A DNA stretch of 63,338 nt, filler included, from Chiloscyllium plagiosum (GCF_004010195.1; 4 parts of one record of this genome joined end to end with filler, not necessarily neighbours in it); one strand, 5' to 3'; positions 34,880 to 48,060 are shown, counted from the whole stretch's first letter. The notes: generated by a model from the sequence alone, not told the origin. Translations and numbers: made by a program.

Positions 34880-36110
34880 TAGAGCTTTTACAGTGTGGAA
34901 GGAAGCCCTTTGGCCCATTGAGTCTGTGCTGGTCATCAAACATCCATCAATTTTAATCCCATTTTCCAGCACTTGGCCTGTAGTCTTGTATGCTTTGGCA
35001 TTTCAAGTGCTCATCTAAACAATTCTTAAATGTCTTTGAGAGTTCCTGCCTCCACAATCCTTTCAGGCAGAAAGTTCCAGATATCCACCACCTTCTGAGT
35101 GAAATAAAATTCCTTCAATTGTCCTGTTCCTTACTTTAACACTGTGTCCCGAGTTATTGTCCTGCTATAATGGGGGAAGGTCTCATCTGATCAATTCTGT
35201 CTATGCCCCTCAAAATTTTGTCCACATCAGTCAGGTCCCCCTGCATTCCCTGAGCCTTCTCTGCTCTAGGGAAAACAACCAGAGCTTATCCAGCCTCTTC
35301 ATTGCTGAGTCGCTCCATCCCAGGCAACATCCTGGTGAATCTCCCTCCGCACTCCCCTCCAGTACAATCACATCCTTCCTATAGTGTGGAGAGACCAATA
35401 CTGTACACGGTACTCCAGCTGTGGCCTGTTGGACATTAAAGACAGCTCCATCCCAAACCCTCCCTTGCTCTCGTATTCAGTGCCTTGATTAATAAAGGCA
35501 AGTATCCCTTTGGTCTTCTGAACCACTTTCTGTCCCATGGGCATGCAGACCCAGGTCCCTCTGATCCTCTGGACTTCCTAAGGTCCTACCAATCATTGTG
35601 CATTCTCTAGTTAATCCTCCCAAAATGCATCACTGCACTCTGGTCAGGACTAAATCCCTTCTGTCATTGTTCTGTCCATCTCACCAGCCTGTCTATATCG
35701 ACCTGTTGTCTAAGGCTCTCCCCCTCACTGTATAGCATGCCGCCAGTTATCATGTGGTCTGCAAGCTTACTGACCAAACCTCCTCCATTCACATTTAGAT
35801 CATTAACGTACACAACAAACAGCAAGGCACCCAGTACTGATCCCTGGGGTACACACTAGACCCAGGCTTCCAATTATAGAAACACTTCTCACGGGTGCCT
35901 GCCACTAAGCCAAATTTGGATCCAATTTGCTAAATCCTGTGGACTCTTTGCTTGTTAACCAGTTAGAATTAAATCATTCCTGGAGCTACTTCATTAAATT
36001 ACCTGCAAAACCTTGACCAAAGCTTTGCTGAAGTCCATGTAGACTTCATCCCCAACACTACTGTCATGCACACAGCTCGACACATCCTCAAAAAATGTAA
36101 TCAGCTTCTC
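34880..36110 (-). mobile_element. Old CR1 RT/3' fragment
   Basis: Reverse-complement remnants of RT (PQGSVLG, ADH/ADD, FTRMLP) and the 3' end. Confidence 0.75.
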
Positions 36111-36384
36111 CTACTCCTATTTCTTACCCTCTCATCATTTTCAGGCTCAAAGAACAATTGTCCTTGTGGCTTTTCACAGATTTTTGTCTGGAGAGACATC
36201 ACGGAGATTCAGGGATAATCCTAGTTTTTCCCAGATTGATTCCTGAGATCGCAGGACTGATTTATGAAGAGTGACGGGACTGGTTAGGATTATATTCACT
36301 GAGGTTAAGAAGAACGAAGAGGATCTCACAGAAACCTGTAAAATTCTAACAGGGTTACACAGGGATAAACACAGGAAGGATGTT

Positions 36385-36596
36385 AGGAGAAAGTGAGGAC
36401 TGCAGATGCTGGAGTTTATCAGAGTCAAAAAGTGTGGTGCTGGAAAAGCAAAGCCGGTCAGGCAGCATCTGAGGAGCAGGAAAGTCGACGTTTTGAGCAC
36501 ATCGTTTCTGATAAAGAGCTTATCCCTGAAATGTCGACTCTCCTGCTCCTCGGATACTACTTGACCCGCTGTGCTTTTCCAGCACCACACATTTTG
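36385..36596. mobile_element. Penelope-like fragment (family A-related), inverted arms, inside a CR1 3' piece
   Basis: Degenerate 14-bp TSD acaggaaggatgtt / acaagaaaggtgtt; decayed hammerhead core. Confidence 0.7.
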
Positions 36597-36807
36597 ACAA
36601 GAAAGGTGTTCCCAATGACCAGGGAGTCCAGCACTGGGGTGGGAAGGGTCACAGTCTAAGGATACAGGGTAAGCCATTTTGGACAGAGATGAGGAGAGAT
36701 GTCTTCACCCAGAGAGTGGAGAGCCTGTGGGAGTCTCTGTCACAGAAAGTGGTTGAGGCCAAAACATTGAATGTTTTTGAGAAGGAGTTAGAAATGGTTC
36801 TCATTAT

Positions 36808-37110
36808 GGGGATTGGTTAGCTCAGTTGGCTGGATAGCTAGTGAGGTTCAATTCCCACATCAGCTGAGGTTACCATGAAGGACTCTCCTTCTCAACCTCC
36901 CCCCTCACCTGAAGCAGCAGATACCTCTCTCTGTTTCGGGTGAAAGTGAGGATTGCAGATGCTGGAGATTAGAGTCAAGAGAGAATTGCTGGAGAAGCAC
37001 AGCAGGTCAGGCAGCATCCGAGGATCAGGAAAAACGACGTTTCGGGCAAAAGCCCTTCATCAGGAATCCTTTCTCTGTTTCTCATGGGAGAGTAGGACCA
37101 TGCAATATGA
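36808..37110 (+). mobile_element. tRNA-derived SINE (family 3) containing a Penelope-like insert
   Basis: A box ttagctcagttgg, B box ggttcaattccc; a related head at ~38033-38112. Confidence 0.6.
37033..37068 (-). ncRNA. Minimal hammerhead ribozyme in a family A fragment (36940-37068)
   Basis: Reverse complement reads UUC-CUGAUGA-A-GGGC(UUUU)GCCC-GAAA-CG-UC-G; stem I is weak. Confidence 0.7.
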
Positions 37111-37461
37111 TGCTTTAAGTTTAGTTCCTAGGCCGATCAAAGGGTATGGGGAGAAAGCAGGAACAGGGACTGAGTTGGACGGTCAGCCATGGTGCTATGG
37201 AATGGCAGGGCAGGATCAGAGGGTTTGGCAAACCATGGCTATGGTGGGGGTGAAGTACAACTTCTGATTGAGTCCCAGCCCAGAGTGATGTCCATCCATA
37301 GTTACATTTCCAGGCAGTTCCAGAGAGAGAGTCACTCTCACTCTCACATCCAGTCTGTATCCTGCCTGCAGGCTGCAGGAAAACTGGCAGCTGGTTCAGC
37401 ATTCCTGCCGCATAACTAACTAGGTAGGAAGAGATTATCTTGTCATTACCACCTTTGTTGT

Positions 37462-37760
37462 GTGTACAAAGTTGAAAATCACACACAGCACCAGGTTACA
37501 GTTCAACAGGTTTATTTGGAAGCACTAGCTTTTGGAGCGCTGCTCCTTCATCAGGTGGTTGTGGAGGTTAAGATCATGTTCACAGAATTTATAGCCAAAG
37601 GAGTCCAGTGTCATGCAGATGTGATACAGTGAACAATCTTAGATTAAATACTTTCTTCTTTTAAAATGGGATATGCTGGTTTCTGTTCTTTGATATATAA
37701 ATCCCAGATCTTCCCCCAAATTACATTCCCAAGATAGCTCGGGTTTTTTAACAGTAGGTG
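37462..37760 (-). mobile_element. Penelope-like fragment (family B), longer copy with mutated ribozyme
   Basis: Core at 37523-37557 reads CUGAUGA...GCUCC-AAAA, a G12-to-A change. Confidence 0.75.
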
Positions 37761-38861
37761 TGATGTCTGTCCGTGTCCCAGTGCTATGCTGTGTGGGAGA
37801 GCTTGCAGTGCAAAGATTTCTGCTGCTTTCCTAATTTTACAACAAATCCCATACGTATAAAGAAGGACTTATTCACCTGTAAAACACAGACTTCCGTCGT
37901 TTTGAAAAAGAAATGAAAATATTTCTTCCTTTTTTGGGAGAACCACATCCGCTCAGACTGTAATGTCCCAATCTGTTTTTAAAAAAAGCCCATGCTTTCC
38001 CCAGTTTTTGTTTCAGTCCCTGATATGTGGGGTGGAGTTGGCTGGACAGGCAGTTTGGAATGGCAACAGCGCGGGTTCGATTCCCACATCGGCAGAGGTT
38101 ACCATGAAAGGCCACTTATGGAATATTGGGTGCAATTCTGGTCTCCCTCCTGTAGGAAAAATGTTGTGAAACATGAAAGGATTCAGAAAAGATTTACAAG
38201 GATGTTGCCAGGGTTGGAGGGTTTGAGCTACAGGGAGAGGCTGAACNNNNNNNNNNNNNNNNNNNNNNNNNNNNNNNNNNNNNNNNNNNNNNNNNNNNNN
38301 NNNNNNNNNNNNNNNNNNNNNNNNNNNNNNNNNNNNNNNNNNNNNNNNNNNNNNNNNNNNNNNNNNNNNNNNNNNNNNNNNNNNNNNNNNNNNNNNNNNN
38401 NNNNNNNNNNNNNNNNNNNNNNNNNNNNNNNNNNNNNNNNNNNNNNNNNNNNNNNNNNNNNNNNNNNNNNNNNNNNNNNNNNNNNNNNNNNNNNNNNNNN
38501 NNNNNNNNNNNNNNNNNNNNNNNNNNNNNNNNNNNNNNNNNNNNNNNNNNNNNNNNNNNNNNNNNNNNNNNNNNNNNNNNNNNNNNNNNNNNNNNNNNNN
38601 NNNNNNNNNNNNNNNNNNNNNNNNNNNNNNNNNNNNNNNNNNNNNNNNNNNNNNNNNNNNNNNNNNNNNNNNNNNNNNNNNNNNNNNNNNNNNNNNNNNN
38701 NNNNNNNNNNNNNNNNNNNNNNNNNNNNNNNNNNNNNNNNNNNNNNNNNNNNNNNNNNNNNNNNNNNNNNNNNNNNNNNNNNNNNNNNNNNNNNNNNNNN
38801 NNNNNNNNNNNNNNNNNNNNNNNNNNNNNNNNNNNNNNNNNNNNNNNNNNNNNNNNNNNNN

Positions 38862-38930
38862 GAACCTGGTCCAATCAGGGAGTCCTGGCTGACAGATAGA
38901 AACAAGAGGGTCAGGGGTTCTGTTCACTCA
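38862..38930 (+). mobile_element. Fragment of the same Gypsy LTR as 21039, uninterrupted
   Basis: aacctggtccaatcagggagtcctggctgacagatagaaacaagaggggtcaggggttctgttca joins the two halves seen at 21106-21151 and 24519-24548. Confidence 0.8.
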
Positions 38931-40249
38931 ACTCCCACATACACCCCAGCTCCATCCATTCTACTTCATGTCACCCAACCTGCCCCCACAACACTCAACC
39001 CAGCAATCCCTTATCCACTCACATCCCCATGGCCCATCATGCCCTCAATGCCTATCCAACACCCTCCAATCAACCGCAATATCCCTTATACCAAATTATG
39101 TCCTCCCACACGGGCCTTCATAGACCCCCAAGCCAATTCAGTGCCAATTCCTGGTTTGCCATCCTTCTCCCTTACACCTACCATGCCACAATGGGCAGAC
39201 TTCAGGACCCACGTTGAGCTAAGACTATTAAATAAAGGATAAGGAGTTGGCCATTCAGCCCCTCCAGCCTGTTCCACCACGTTCCACTACTCAATGAGAT
39301 CTCTCCTGGAGGCTCTGGCCCTCATTCTCAGATTAGTAGGGGGACTAAATTGGGTTGGGATATCTGGTCGGCATGGATGGGTTGGACTGAAGGGTCTGTT
39401 TCCATGCTGTACGTCTCTATGACTCTATGACTATGAGCAACTTCACATTTTCCCACAATGTAGTCCATTTGCCAACTCTTTGTCCACTTTCTTAGCCCAG
39501 TAGTACCTCTCTGTAAAGTGTGTGTGTCCCTTTCGCAGCCTGCTGTCCCACCTGTTTTTGTGTCCCCTGCAGTACTTTCACTTCCTTCCTCGGAGAAATG
39601 AAATCGTGTGAAGGTTGGTGTGTCTAATGCGGGCTTTAAATGAAAGGAAGAGACACCCTCATGTAAAAGACCACACTGACTGCCTTTCCAATCCACGAAA
39701 TGCTATTCAAGAACACTCATTGTTCCAGTTCAAAGAGTCTATCACCACTTGAGACTGTCAATCAAACTGTGAAAAGGCAGGCACCCCTCCATGATAATGG
39801 AAGATTGTGATAACCGTCAGGTATACTAGTCCGGTCATGGCAGCTTATGTCAACAAGTAGAGTAAAATAGAAAGCTTTCTTTCTGTATTCTGGTCTGGAC
39901 ATTTTAAAAAAAAGATGGTTATTTGAATTCCTCAATGTTTTTGACAGGTGGTTTTAACTGGTCTGTTGATAGATCCAATGGACTAATGAGTTAACGATTT
40001 TACACACATTCCTGACTCCTGTTAACAATTGCACCTGGAAGCTTCTGTTCTTGAAAGAGCAGGTTACTGTCCGAAAGCTGTTCCGGGGACATGTCTAAAG
40101 TAGTACATCCCCTCCCCGAAAAGGTATCCTGACTAATCCATACAAGTCCACAAAGATCAGACCTGGGCTCAAATATTGTACAATGAAGGCCGTTTGGAGA
40201 TTTGATTTTTGGAGGCTAGTTTTTGATTTTCAGGTGTGTGGTAGTGGGG

Positions 40250-40545
40250 AGTGACGGTCTAGTGGTATTATCACTGGACGATTAATCCAGGAACTGAGGG
40301 AATATTCTCGGGTCCTAGGTTTGAATCCCACCACGGCAGATGGTGGAATTTATATCCAATAATGAATCTGGAATGAAGCCCATCTGGGTCACTCAGGGAA
40401 GGAAACTGCCATCCTTACCTGGTCTGACCTCCACGTGACTCCAAACCCACTGCAATGTGGTTGACTCTTAACTACTCTCTGGGTAATTAGGGATGGGTAA
40501 TAAATGCTGGCCTGGCCAGTCATACCCACAATCCCATGAATGACT
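40250..40545 (+). mobile_element. tRNA-derived SINE (family 2)
   Basis: Same body and tail as 20540-20910; further copies at ~31185-31450 and ~50160-50370. Confidence 0.75.
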
Positions 40546-40959
40546 AAGCCACAGATAACAAGGCCTGCATTCATTTCTCAACAATCACCAACTCTGATTC
40601 TATCTCCACCACTCCATCTCCTTCCTGCTTTGCAGACTCTCTCTCCCATTTGTTGAACCTCAATCTCCCTTGACAGCACCTTCCCATTCTTGCTCAGATC
40701 CTCCAACATCCTCCTGCTACTGTTACTTTACTATTCTGCCACCACACCTCTCATTTCTCCCGATGTCACAGCGTCGATTCCCTCCAGATCCTCCACATCC
40801 TCCTGCTACTGTTACTTTACTATTCTGCCACCACACCTCTCATTTCTCCCAATGTCACAGCGTCGATTCCCTCCAGATCCCCGACCCTCGGTGACATTCC
40901 ACATCATTGCTCCCTAATCACTGGCTCTACTCTCTCATCTCCAGATTCATTCCCCAATC

Positions 40960-41059
40960 NNNNNNNNNNNNNNNNNNNNNNNNNNNNNNNNNNNNNNNNN
41001 NNNTTAATTAATTAANNNNNNNNNNNNNNNNNNNNNNNNNNNNNNNNNNNNNNNNNNNN
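40960..41059. other. Artificial contig-joining spacer
   Basis: TTAATTAATTAA at 41004-41015 within Ns. Confidence 0.9.
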
Positions 41060-42382
41060 CTCACTCCCTGATCTCCAGTCTCACTCCCTAATCTCCAGCC
41101 TCCCTCCCTAATCTCCAGTCTCACTCCATAATCTCCAGTCTCACTCCCTGATCTCCAGCCTCTCAAACCCCTTATCTCAGTCTCACTCCCTAATCTCCAG
41201 CCTCCCTCCCTAATCTCCAGTACTCCCTGATCCCCAGTCTCTCCCTCCCTAATCTCCAGCCTCTCACTCCCTAATCTCCAGCCTCCCTCCCTAATCTCCA
41301 GTCTCACTCCCTGATCTCCAGCCTCACACCCTGATCTCCAGCCTCTCACTCCCTCATCTCCAACCTCACTCCCTGATCTCCAGTCTCACTCCCTGATCTC
41401 CAACCTCACTCCCTGATCNNNNNNNTCTCCCTGATCTCCAGCCTCACTCCCTGATCTCCAGCCTCACACCCTGATCTCCAGCCTCTCACTTCCTCATCTC
41501 CAACCTCACTCCCTGATCTCCAGTCTCACTCCCTGATCTCCAACCTCACTCCCTAACCTCCAGTCTCACTCACTGATCTCCAGTCTCACTCCCTGATCTC
41601 CAGTCTCACTCCCTAATCTCCAGTCTCACTCTCTGATCTCCAGTCTCACTCCCTGAACTCCAACCTCACTCCCTGATCTCCAGTCTCACTCCCTGATCCC
41701 CAGTCTCACTCCCTGATCTCCAATCTCACTCCCTGATCTCCAGTCTCACTCCCTGATCTCCAGTCTCACGCCCTGGTATCCAGTCTCACTCCATAATCTC
41801 CAGTCTCCCTTCCCGATCTCCAGTCTCATGCCCTGATCTCCAGTCTCACTCCCTGATCTCCAGTCTCTCTCCCTGATCCCCAGTCTCACTCACTGATCTC
41901 CAGTCTCACTCCCTAATCTCCAGTCTCACTCCCTGATCTCCAGTCTCACTCCCTAATCTCCAGTCTCACTCCCTAATCTCCAGTCTCACTCCCTAATCTC
42001 CAGTCTCACTCCCTAATCTCCAGTCTCACTCCCTAATCTCCAGTCTCACTCCCTAATCTCCAGTCTCACTCCCTAATCTCCAGTCTCACTCCCTAATCTC
42101 CAGTCTCACTCCCTAATCTCCAGTCTCACTCCCTAATCTCCAGTCTCACTCCCTAATCTCCAGTCTCACTCCCTAATCTCCAGTCTCACTCCCTAATCTC
42201 CAGTCTCACTCCCTAATCTCCAGTCTCACTCCCTAATCTCCAGTCTCACTCCCTAATCTCCAGTCTCACTCCCTAATCTCCAGTCTCACTCCCTAATCTC
42301 CAGTCTCACTCCCTAATCTCCAGTCTCACTCCCTAATCTCCAGTCTCACTCCCTAATCTCCAGTCTCACTCCCTGATCTCCA
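41060..42382. repeat. 20-bp minisatellite
   Basis: Unit cagtctcactccctaatctc; perfect block from 41941 to 42360. Confidence 0.95.
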
Positions 42383-42934
42383 NNNNNNNNNNNNNNNNNN
42401 NNNNNNNNNNNNNNNNNNNNNNNNNNNNNNNNNNNNNNNNNNNNNNNNNNNNNNNNNNNNNNNNNNNNNNNNNNNNNNNNNNNNNNNNNNNNNNNNNNNN
42501 NNNNNNNNNNNNNNNNNNNNNNNNNNNNNNNNNNNNNNNNNNNNNNNNNNNNNNNNNNNNNNNNNNNNNNNNNNNNNNNNNNNNNNNNNNNNNNNNNNNN
42601 NNNNNNNNNNNNNNNNNNNNNNNNNNNNNNNNNNNNNNNNNNNNNNNNNNNNNNNNNNNNNNNNNNNNNNNNNNNNNNNNNNNNNNNNNNNNNNNNNNNN
42701 NNNNNNNNNNNNNNNNNNNNNNNNNNNNNNNNNNNNNNNNNNNNNNNNNNNNNNNNNNNNNNNNNNNNNNNNNNNNNNNNNNNNNNNNNNNNNNNNNNNN
42801 NNNNNNNNNNNNNNNNNNNNNNNNNNNNNNNNNNNNNNNNNNNNNNNNNNNNNNNNNNNNNNNNNNNNNNNNNNNNNNNNNNNNNNNNNNNNNNNNNNNN
42901 NNNNNNNNNNNNNNNNNTCGTTAGTAATGAAATC

Positions 42935-43072
42935 TAAGCTTTGACAAAGGGTCAGTTAGACTCGAAATGTCAGCTCTTTTCTCTCTTTACAGATGCTGCC
43001 AGATCTGCTGAGATTTTCCAGCATTTTCTCTTTTGGTTTCAGATTCCAGCATCCGCAGTAATTTGCTTTTAT
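42935..43072 (+). mobile_element. Penelope-like terminal fragment (related family), decayed hammerhead
   Basis: ttgacaaagggtc..gactcgaaatgtc followed by agatgctgccaga..ttccagcatccgcag. Confidence 0.55.
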
Positions 43073-45529
43073 ATATGAATGAGGGAGGGGCTGAATGGCC
43101 TACTGCTGCCCCAGTGTGTCAGTGGGATGGAATTTCAGGATGACGGTTGGGGGGGGAGCAGGAGGAGGAACTGGGAAAATGGGTGAAGGTGGTACAGGAG
43201 GGAGAGCACTGACACAGAGAGGACAGAGTCAAACTTTAAGATGTGGGAAAAACACTTATGTGAAATCGGGATCAGGAGCTGTACATCCTTTCAGGTCAAT
43301 ACCTCACTGTTGCCACTAGGCAGCGCAAGAGTTCCACCGACTGCTCTCCAATCTCCATCTGCTCCCAAGTGGGCATTGTCACATTCTGAGGGGTCATTCC
43401 CAAAGCTGGTTCCAGGGGAGTCACAGTCTGATTCTTGAAAATTCACAGAGATCACATAGAGCCGGGATTTCAAACAGTTTTCCATTTATTAATCTCCTTC
43501 TCTCCACACAATTCCCCCTTCATTTGCTTCCCCAACACTCTGCAATTATTACCAATGATTAAAGTCAGCCCTTCTTAACTTTGCAATCATTTACATTTCC
43601 ATTCCCAGACAGGTAAGGACACAGCCTTTGGGGGGGTTGGGTGGCAACAATTAACCCAATCTGGGGCAAAGGCAGGAGGGTGGAGCGAGGTCGTGACACT
43701 GGTTAGAAGGGGCATTGCATGCTCAATGGGCCAAATGGCCTCCTCCTGCACAACAATAATTCTATGATTCTGGGATAGCAAGAGGCCAGAATTAGAACAT
43801 CTGGACACCTGGAGGAGGGTATGGGCTGGAGGGGGTGACAGAGATAGGGAGGGGGTGACAGAGATAGGGAGGGTGTGTGGGGGCCTTGAGGGGTTGACAG
43901 GGATAGGGGGTGCATTGCCTGGAGTTCTGTAAAACTGCCTGACGACAGCTCTCGGATTGGTCATTCGATTGTAATTGTAGAACACTTAAGCCACTGCCCC
44001 TGCTGGCTCCCTGGGGCGTGAGTGAGAGGCTGGAAAACTCAGTAAACCTTAAAATAAAGAATTCTAACAGGTCTTTTGCTGGGTCCATTGGAGCACCTTA
44101 TATTCCCCTGCTCCCTTCGTTAAACCTCCTGCCATTCCCTTTCCTACCCAGAGGGCAGTGGAGGCCCAGTCTCTGGATTCATTTAAGAAAGAGTTGGATA
44201 GAGCTCTCAAGGATAGTGGGATCAAGGGTTATGGGGATAAGGCAGGAACAGGATACTGATTAAGGATGATCAGCCATGATCATATTGAATGGTGGTGCAC
44301 GCTTGAAGGGCAGAATGGCCTACTCCTGCACCTATTGTCTATTGTCACATTGTGACCCTCTCTGTGTCAAAAGGATGTTGTGGGGATGCCAGAGGTTGGG
44401 AACAGAAAGTAGGGCCCAACCTGTTGAGGTAAATCTACATTTTCAATCAATATCATCACTCCAACGCTGTGCCTGGGATCTTACTGTGCACCATTTCTGA
44501 CCTGAAACCACTGGCTGCACCTGATTGATACCTCATTGACAGTAATGGGCTCTGGGATGTTCTGATGTTGCTAAGGTGCTTTTGAAAGGCAGGATTGTTC
44601 CTGCTTGTTATAGTGGACCCAAGGATCACCAGACGTAATCTTTCTGATAATAAAAGGGACTGTTTATGGTGGGGGTTCACACGTTTCCAGCTCCAGGAAG
44701 ATCAATCTGAGCACACTTTGAAAACATTTCCCAACAAACGAGGATTCTCACTGGCTCCTCGCAACACAGCCACAAACAGGAGAGCTCTCAACGTCAGCCC
44801 GCAGAGACTGGGCCCAGACACTCACCGACACACAGCACAGCCTTCCTAGCAGCAAAAACATTGAAGAAGCTAGACTTAGAGAAGCCCAGGGATTTCAGAG
44901 GGTGTAGGGGCTGGAAGGGGTTACAGAGATAGGGAGGAGGTGTAGGGGCTGGAGAGGGTGACAGAGATAGGGAGGAGGTGTAGGCGCTGTTGGAGGTTAT
45001 AGAGATTTTAAAAGTTAGTATAAAATGGGGGTACAATTTTATGGGCGGGATGAGGAGCAGAGGGATCTGGGTGTTTATGTGCACAGATCATTGAAGGTGG
45101 CAGGACAGGGGAGAGAGTAGTTAATAAAGCACACAGTGTTCTCAACTTTATTAATAGGAGCATAGAATATAAGAGCAAGGAGATGATGCTGGACTTGTAC
45201 AATACCCTTGTTCGACCTCAGCTGGAGTAATTATACAGTTGTGAGTACCACATTACAGGAAAGCTGTGAGTGCACTGGAGAGAGTGCAGAGCAAAATACA
45301 GTAATGAGAACTGGGTAACCATGCTCGTTTGAACAGCCAGTACAGGCACAATGGGCCAAATGGCCTCTTTCTGCTTTGTGATTCTGGGATCAGTAACAAC
45401 ATGGTTGACTCTGAACTGCCAATAGAAATATCCCTGGTGAGACGCTCAGCTCAAGGAGCTGTTAGGAACAGTCAATAAATACTGACCGGAACCACATCCC
45501 ATGAGAAGTGAAGCAGAGATCAGATTCCG

Positions 45530-47200
45530 AAAGACCGGTGAGCCTTACGTCTGTTGTAGGAAAGGTTTTGGAAAGGATTATAAGAGATAAGATTTATAAT
45601 CATCTAGCAAGCAACAATTTGATTTCAGATAATCAACATGGTTTCGTCAAGGGCAGGTGATGTCTCACAAATCTCATTGAGGTTTTTGAGAAGGTGACCA
45701 AGCATGTAGATGAGGTTAGGGCAGTTGATGTTGTGTACATGGACTTCAGTACAGCCATGAGGTTCCACATGGTAGGCTGTTGGAGAAAACACAGAGACAT
45801 GGGATTGAGGGTGAGTTAGCAGTTTGGATTAGAAACTGGCTTTCTGAAAGAAGGCAGCGAGTGCTGGTTGATGGAAAATATTCAGCCTGGAGTCCGGTTC
45901 CTAGTGGTTGCCACAAGGATCTGTTTTGGGACCACTGCTGTTTGTCATTTTTATAAATGACTTAGACACAGGCATAGGTGGATGGATTAGTAAGTTTGCA
46001 GATGACACTAAAGTCGGTGGAGTAGCAGACAGTTTGGAAGAATGTTACAGATTGCAGGGGGACTTGGATAAACTGCAGATTTGGGTTGAGAGGTGGCAAA
46101 TGGAGTTCAATGCAGCTAAATGTGAGGTGATGCACTTTGGGAAGAATAACAGGAAAGCAGAGTACTCGGTCAATGGAAAGATTCTTGGTAGTGTGGATGT
46201 GCAGAGGGATCTTGGAGTCCATGTACAGAGATCCCTGAAAGTTGCCATCCAGGTGGATAGTGCTGTTAAGAAGGCATACGGTGTGTTAGGTTTCATTGGT
46301 GGAGGGATTGAGTTCCGGAGCCACAACATCATGCTCTAACTGTACAAAACGCTGGTGCGGCCACACTTGGAATATTGTGTACAGTTCTGGTCCTCATATT
46401 TTGGGAAGGATGTGGAAGCATTAGAAAAGGTGCAGAGGAGATTTACCAGGATGTTGCCTGGTCTGGAGCGAAGGTCTTATGAGGAAAGGCTGAGAGACTT
46501 GGCTCTGTTCTCATTGGAAAGAAGGCTAAGAGGGGATTTGATAAAGAGATACAAGATGATCAGAGGATTAGATTGGGTAGACAGTGACATTTTCCTAGGA
46601 TGATGGTGTCAGTTTGTACGAGGGGGCATAACTACAAATTGAGGGGTGATAGATTCAAGACAGATGTCAGAGGCAGGTTCTTTACGCAGAGAGTGGTTTG
46701 GGCGTGGAATGCCCTGCCTGCCAATGTAGTCAACTCAACCACATTAGGGAGATTTAAACAATCCTTGGATAAGCACATGGATGATTTTGGGATGGTGTAG
46801 GGGGACGAGCTGAGCATAGTGGGTGGCACGGTGGCACAGTAGTTAGCACTGCTGCCTCACAGCGCCAGAGACCCAGGTTCAATTCCCGACTCAGGCGACT
46901 GACTGTGTGGAATTTGCACATTCTCCCCTTGTCTGCGTGGGTTTCCTCCGGGTGCTCCAGTTTCCTCCCACAGTCCAAAGATGTGCAGGTCAGGTGAATT
47001 GGCCATGCTAAATTGCCCATAGTGTTAGGTAAGAGGTAAAGGTAGGGGTATGGGTGGGTTACACTTCGGCGAGTCGGTGTGGACTTGTTGGGCCGAAGGG
47101 CCTGTTTCCACACTGTAAGTAATCTAATCTAATCTAGTTCACAGGTCGGTGCAACATCGAGGGCCGAAGGGCCAGTTCTGCACTGTATTGTTCTATGTGC
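45530..47200 (+). mobile_element. CR1 RT and 3' end with a nested HE1 SINE
   Basis: PQGSVLGPLLF, KFADDTK and [10 protein letters not shown] motifs. Confidence 0.95.
46821..47136 (+). mobile_element. HE1-type V-SINE
   Basis: A/B boxes, V-core, (aatct)n tail. Confidence 0.9.
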
Positions 47201-47459
47201 TGTATTCCCAGTTATCCAGAGTGGCATGCTTTAAGTGATCCCTGAGTAAGATGAAATCTGAGAGTTCATCACCTCAGGTCACACGCTATAATATGGTGAT
47301 GATATCATGAGTAAGTCTCTTAAAGGCACATTGACGTACACTCTGTCAGCCAATTAATGTCAGAGTTGGTGGGGGGAATGCTGGGAAAACGTGGCAGAAT
47401 GTCCAATGCACACCCACCTCCAGTGGACTGACCAAACAAGGAGGTCAATTTATTCATAA

Positions 47460-48060
47460 AAGCATAAAAACATAGAAGATATGAGCAGGAGGAGACAATT
47501 CGACCCTTCTAGCCTGTTCTGCCATTCATTACAGACATGGCTGACCATCCAATGCGATAGCCGAATCCTGCTTTCTCCCCTTAACCCTTGATCCCATTCT
47601 CCCCAACTGTTAAGTCTAGCTGCCTCTTGAATACATTCAATGTTTTGGCACCAACTCCTTCCTGTGGTAAGGAATTCCACAGGCTCCCCACTCTTTGGGT
47701 GAAGAAATGTCTCTCATCTCTGTCCTAAATGGTCCATTCCGAATCCTCAGACTGACCTCCGGTTCCGGACACACCCACCATCGGGAACATCCTCCCTGCA
47801 TCCACCCTGTCTAGTCCTGTTAGCATTTGATAAGTGTCTGAGATCCCCCTCAAATCTGAGCAAAAACAATCCTGACCTAGTCAATCTCTCCTCATACGTC
47901 AGTCCCACCATCCCCGGGATCAGCCTGGTAAACCTCAGCTGCACTCCCTTGAGAGCAAGAGCATCCTTCCTCAGAAACGGATTCCAAAACTGCACCCAAT
48001 ACTCTAGTGTGGCCTCACCAAGGCCTTGTATAACTGCAGCAACACATCCCTGCTCCTGTT
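47460..48060 (-). mobile_element. CR1 3' fragment
   Basis: Minus ORF LEYWVQFWNP...RFTRLIPGM...YEERL. Confidence 0.85.
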
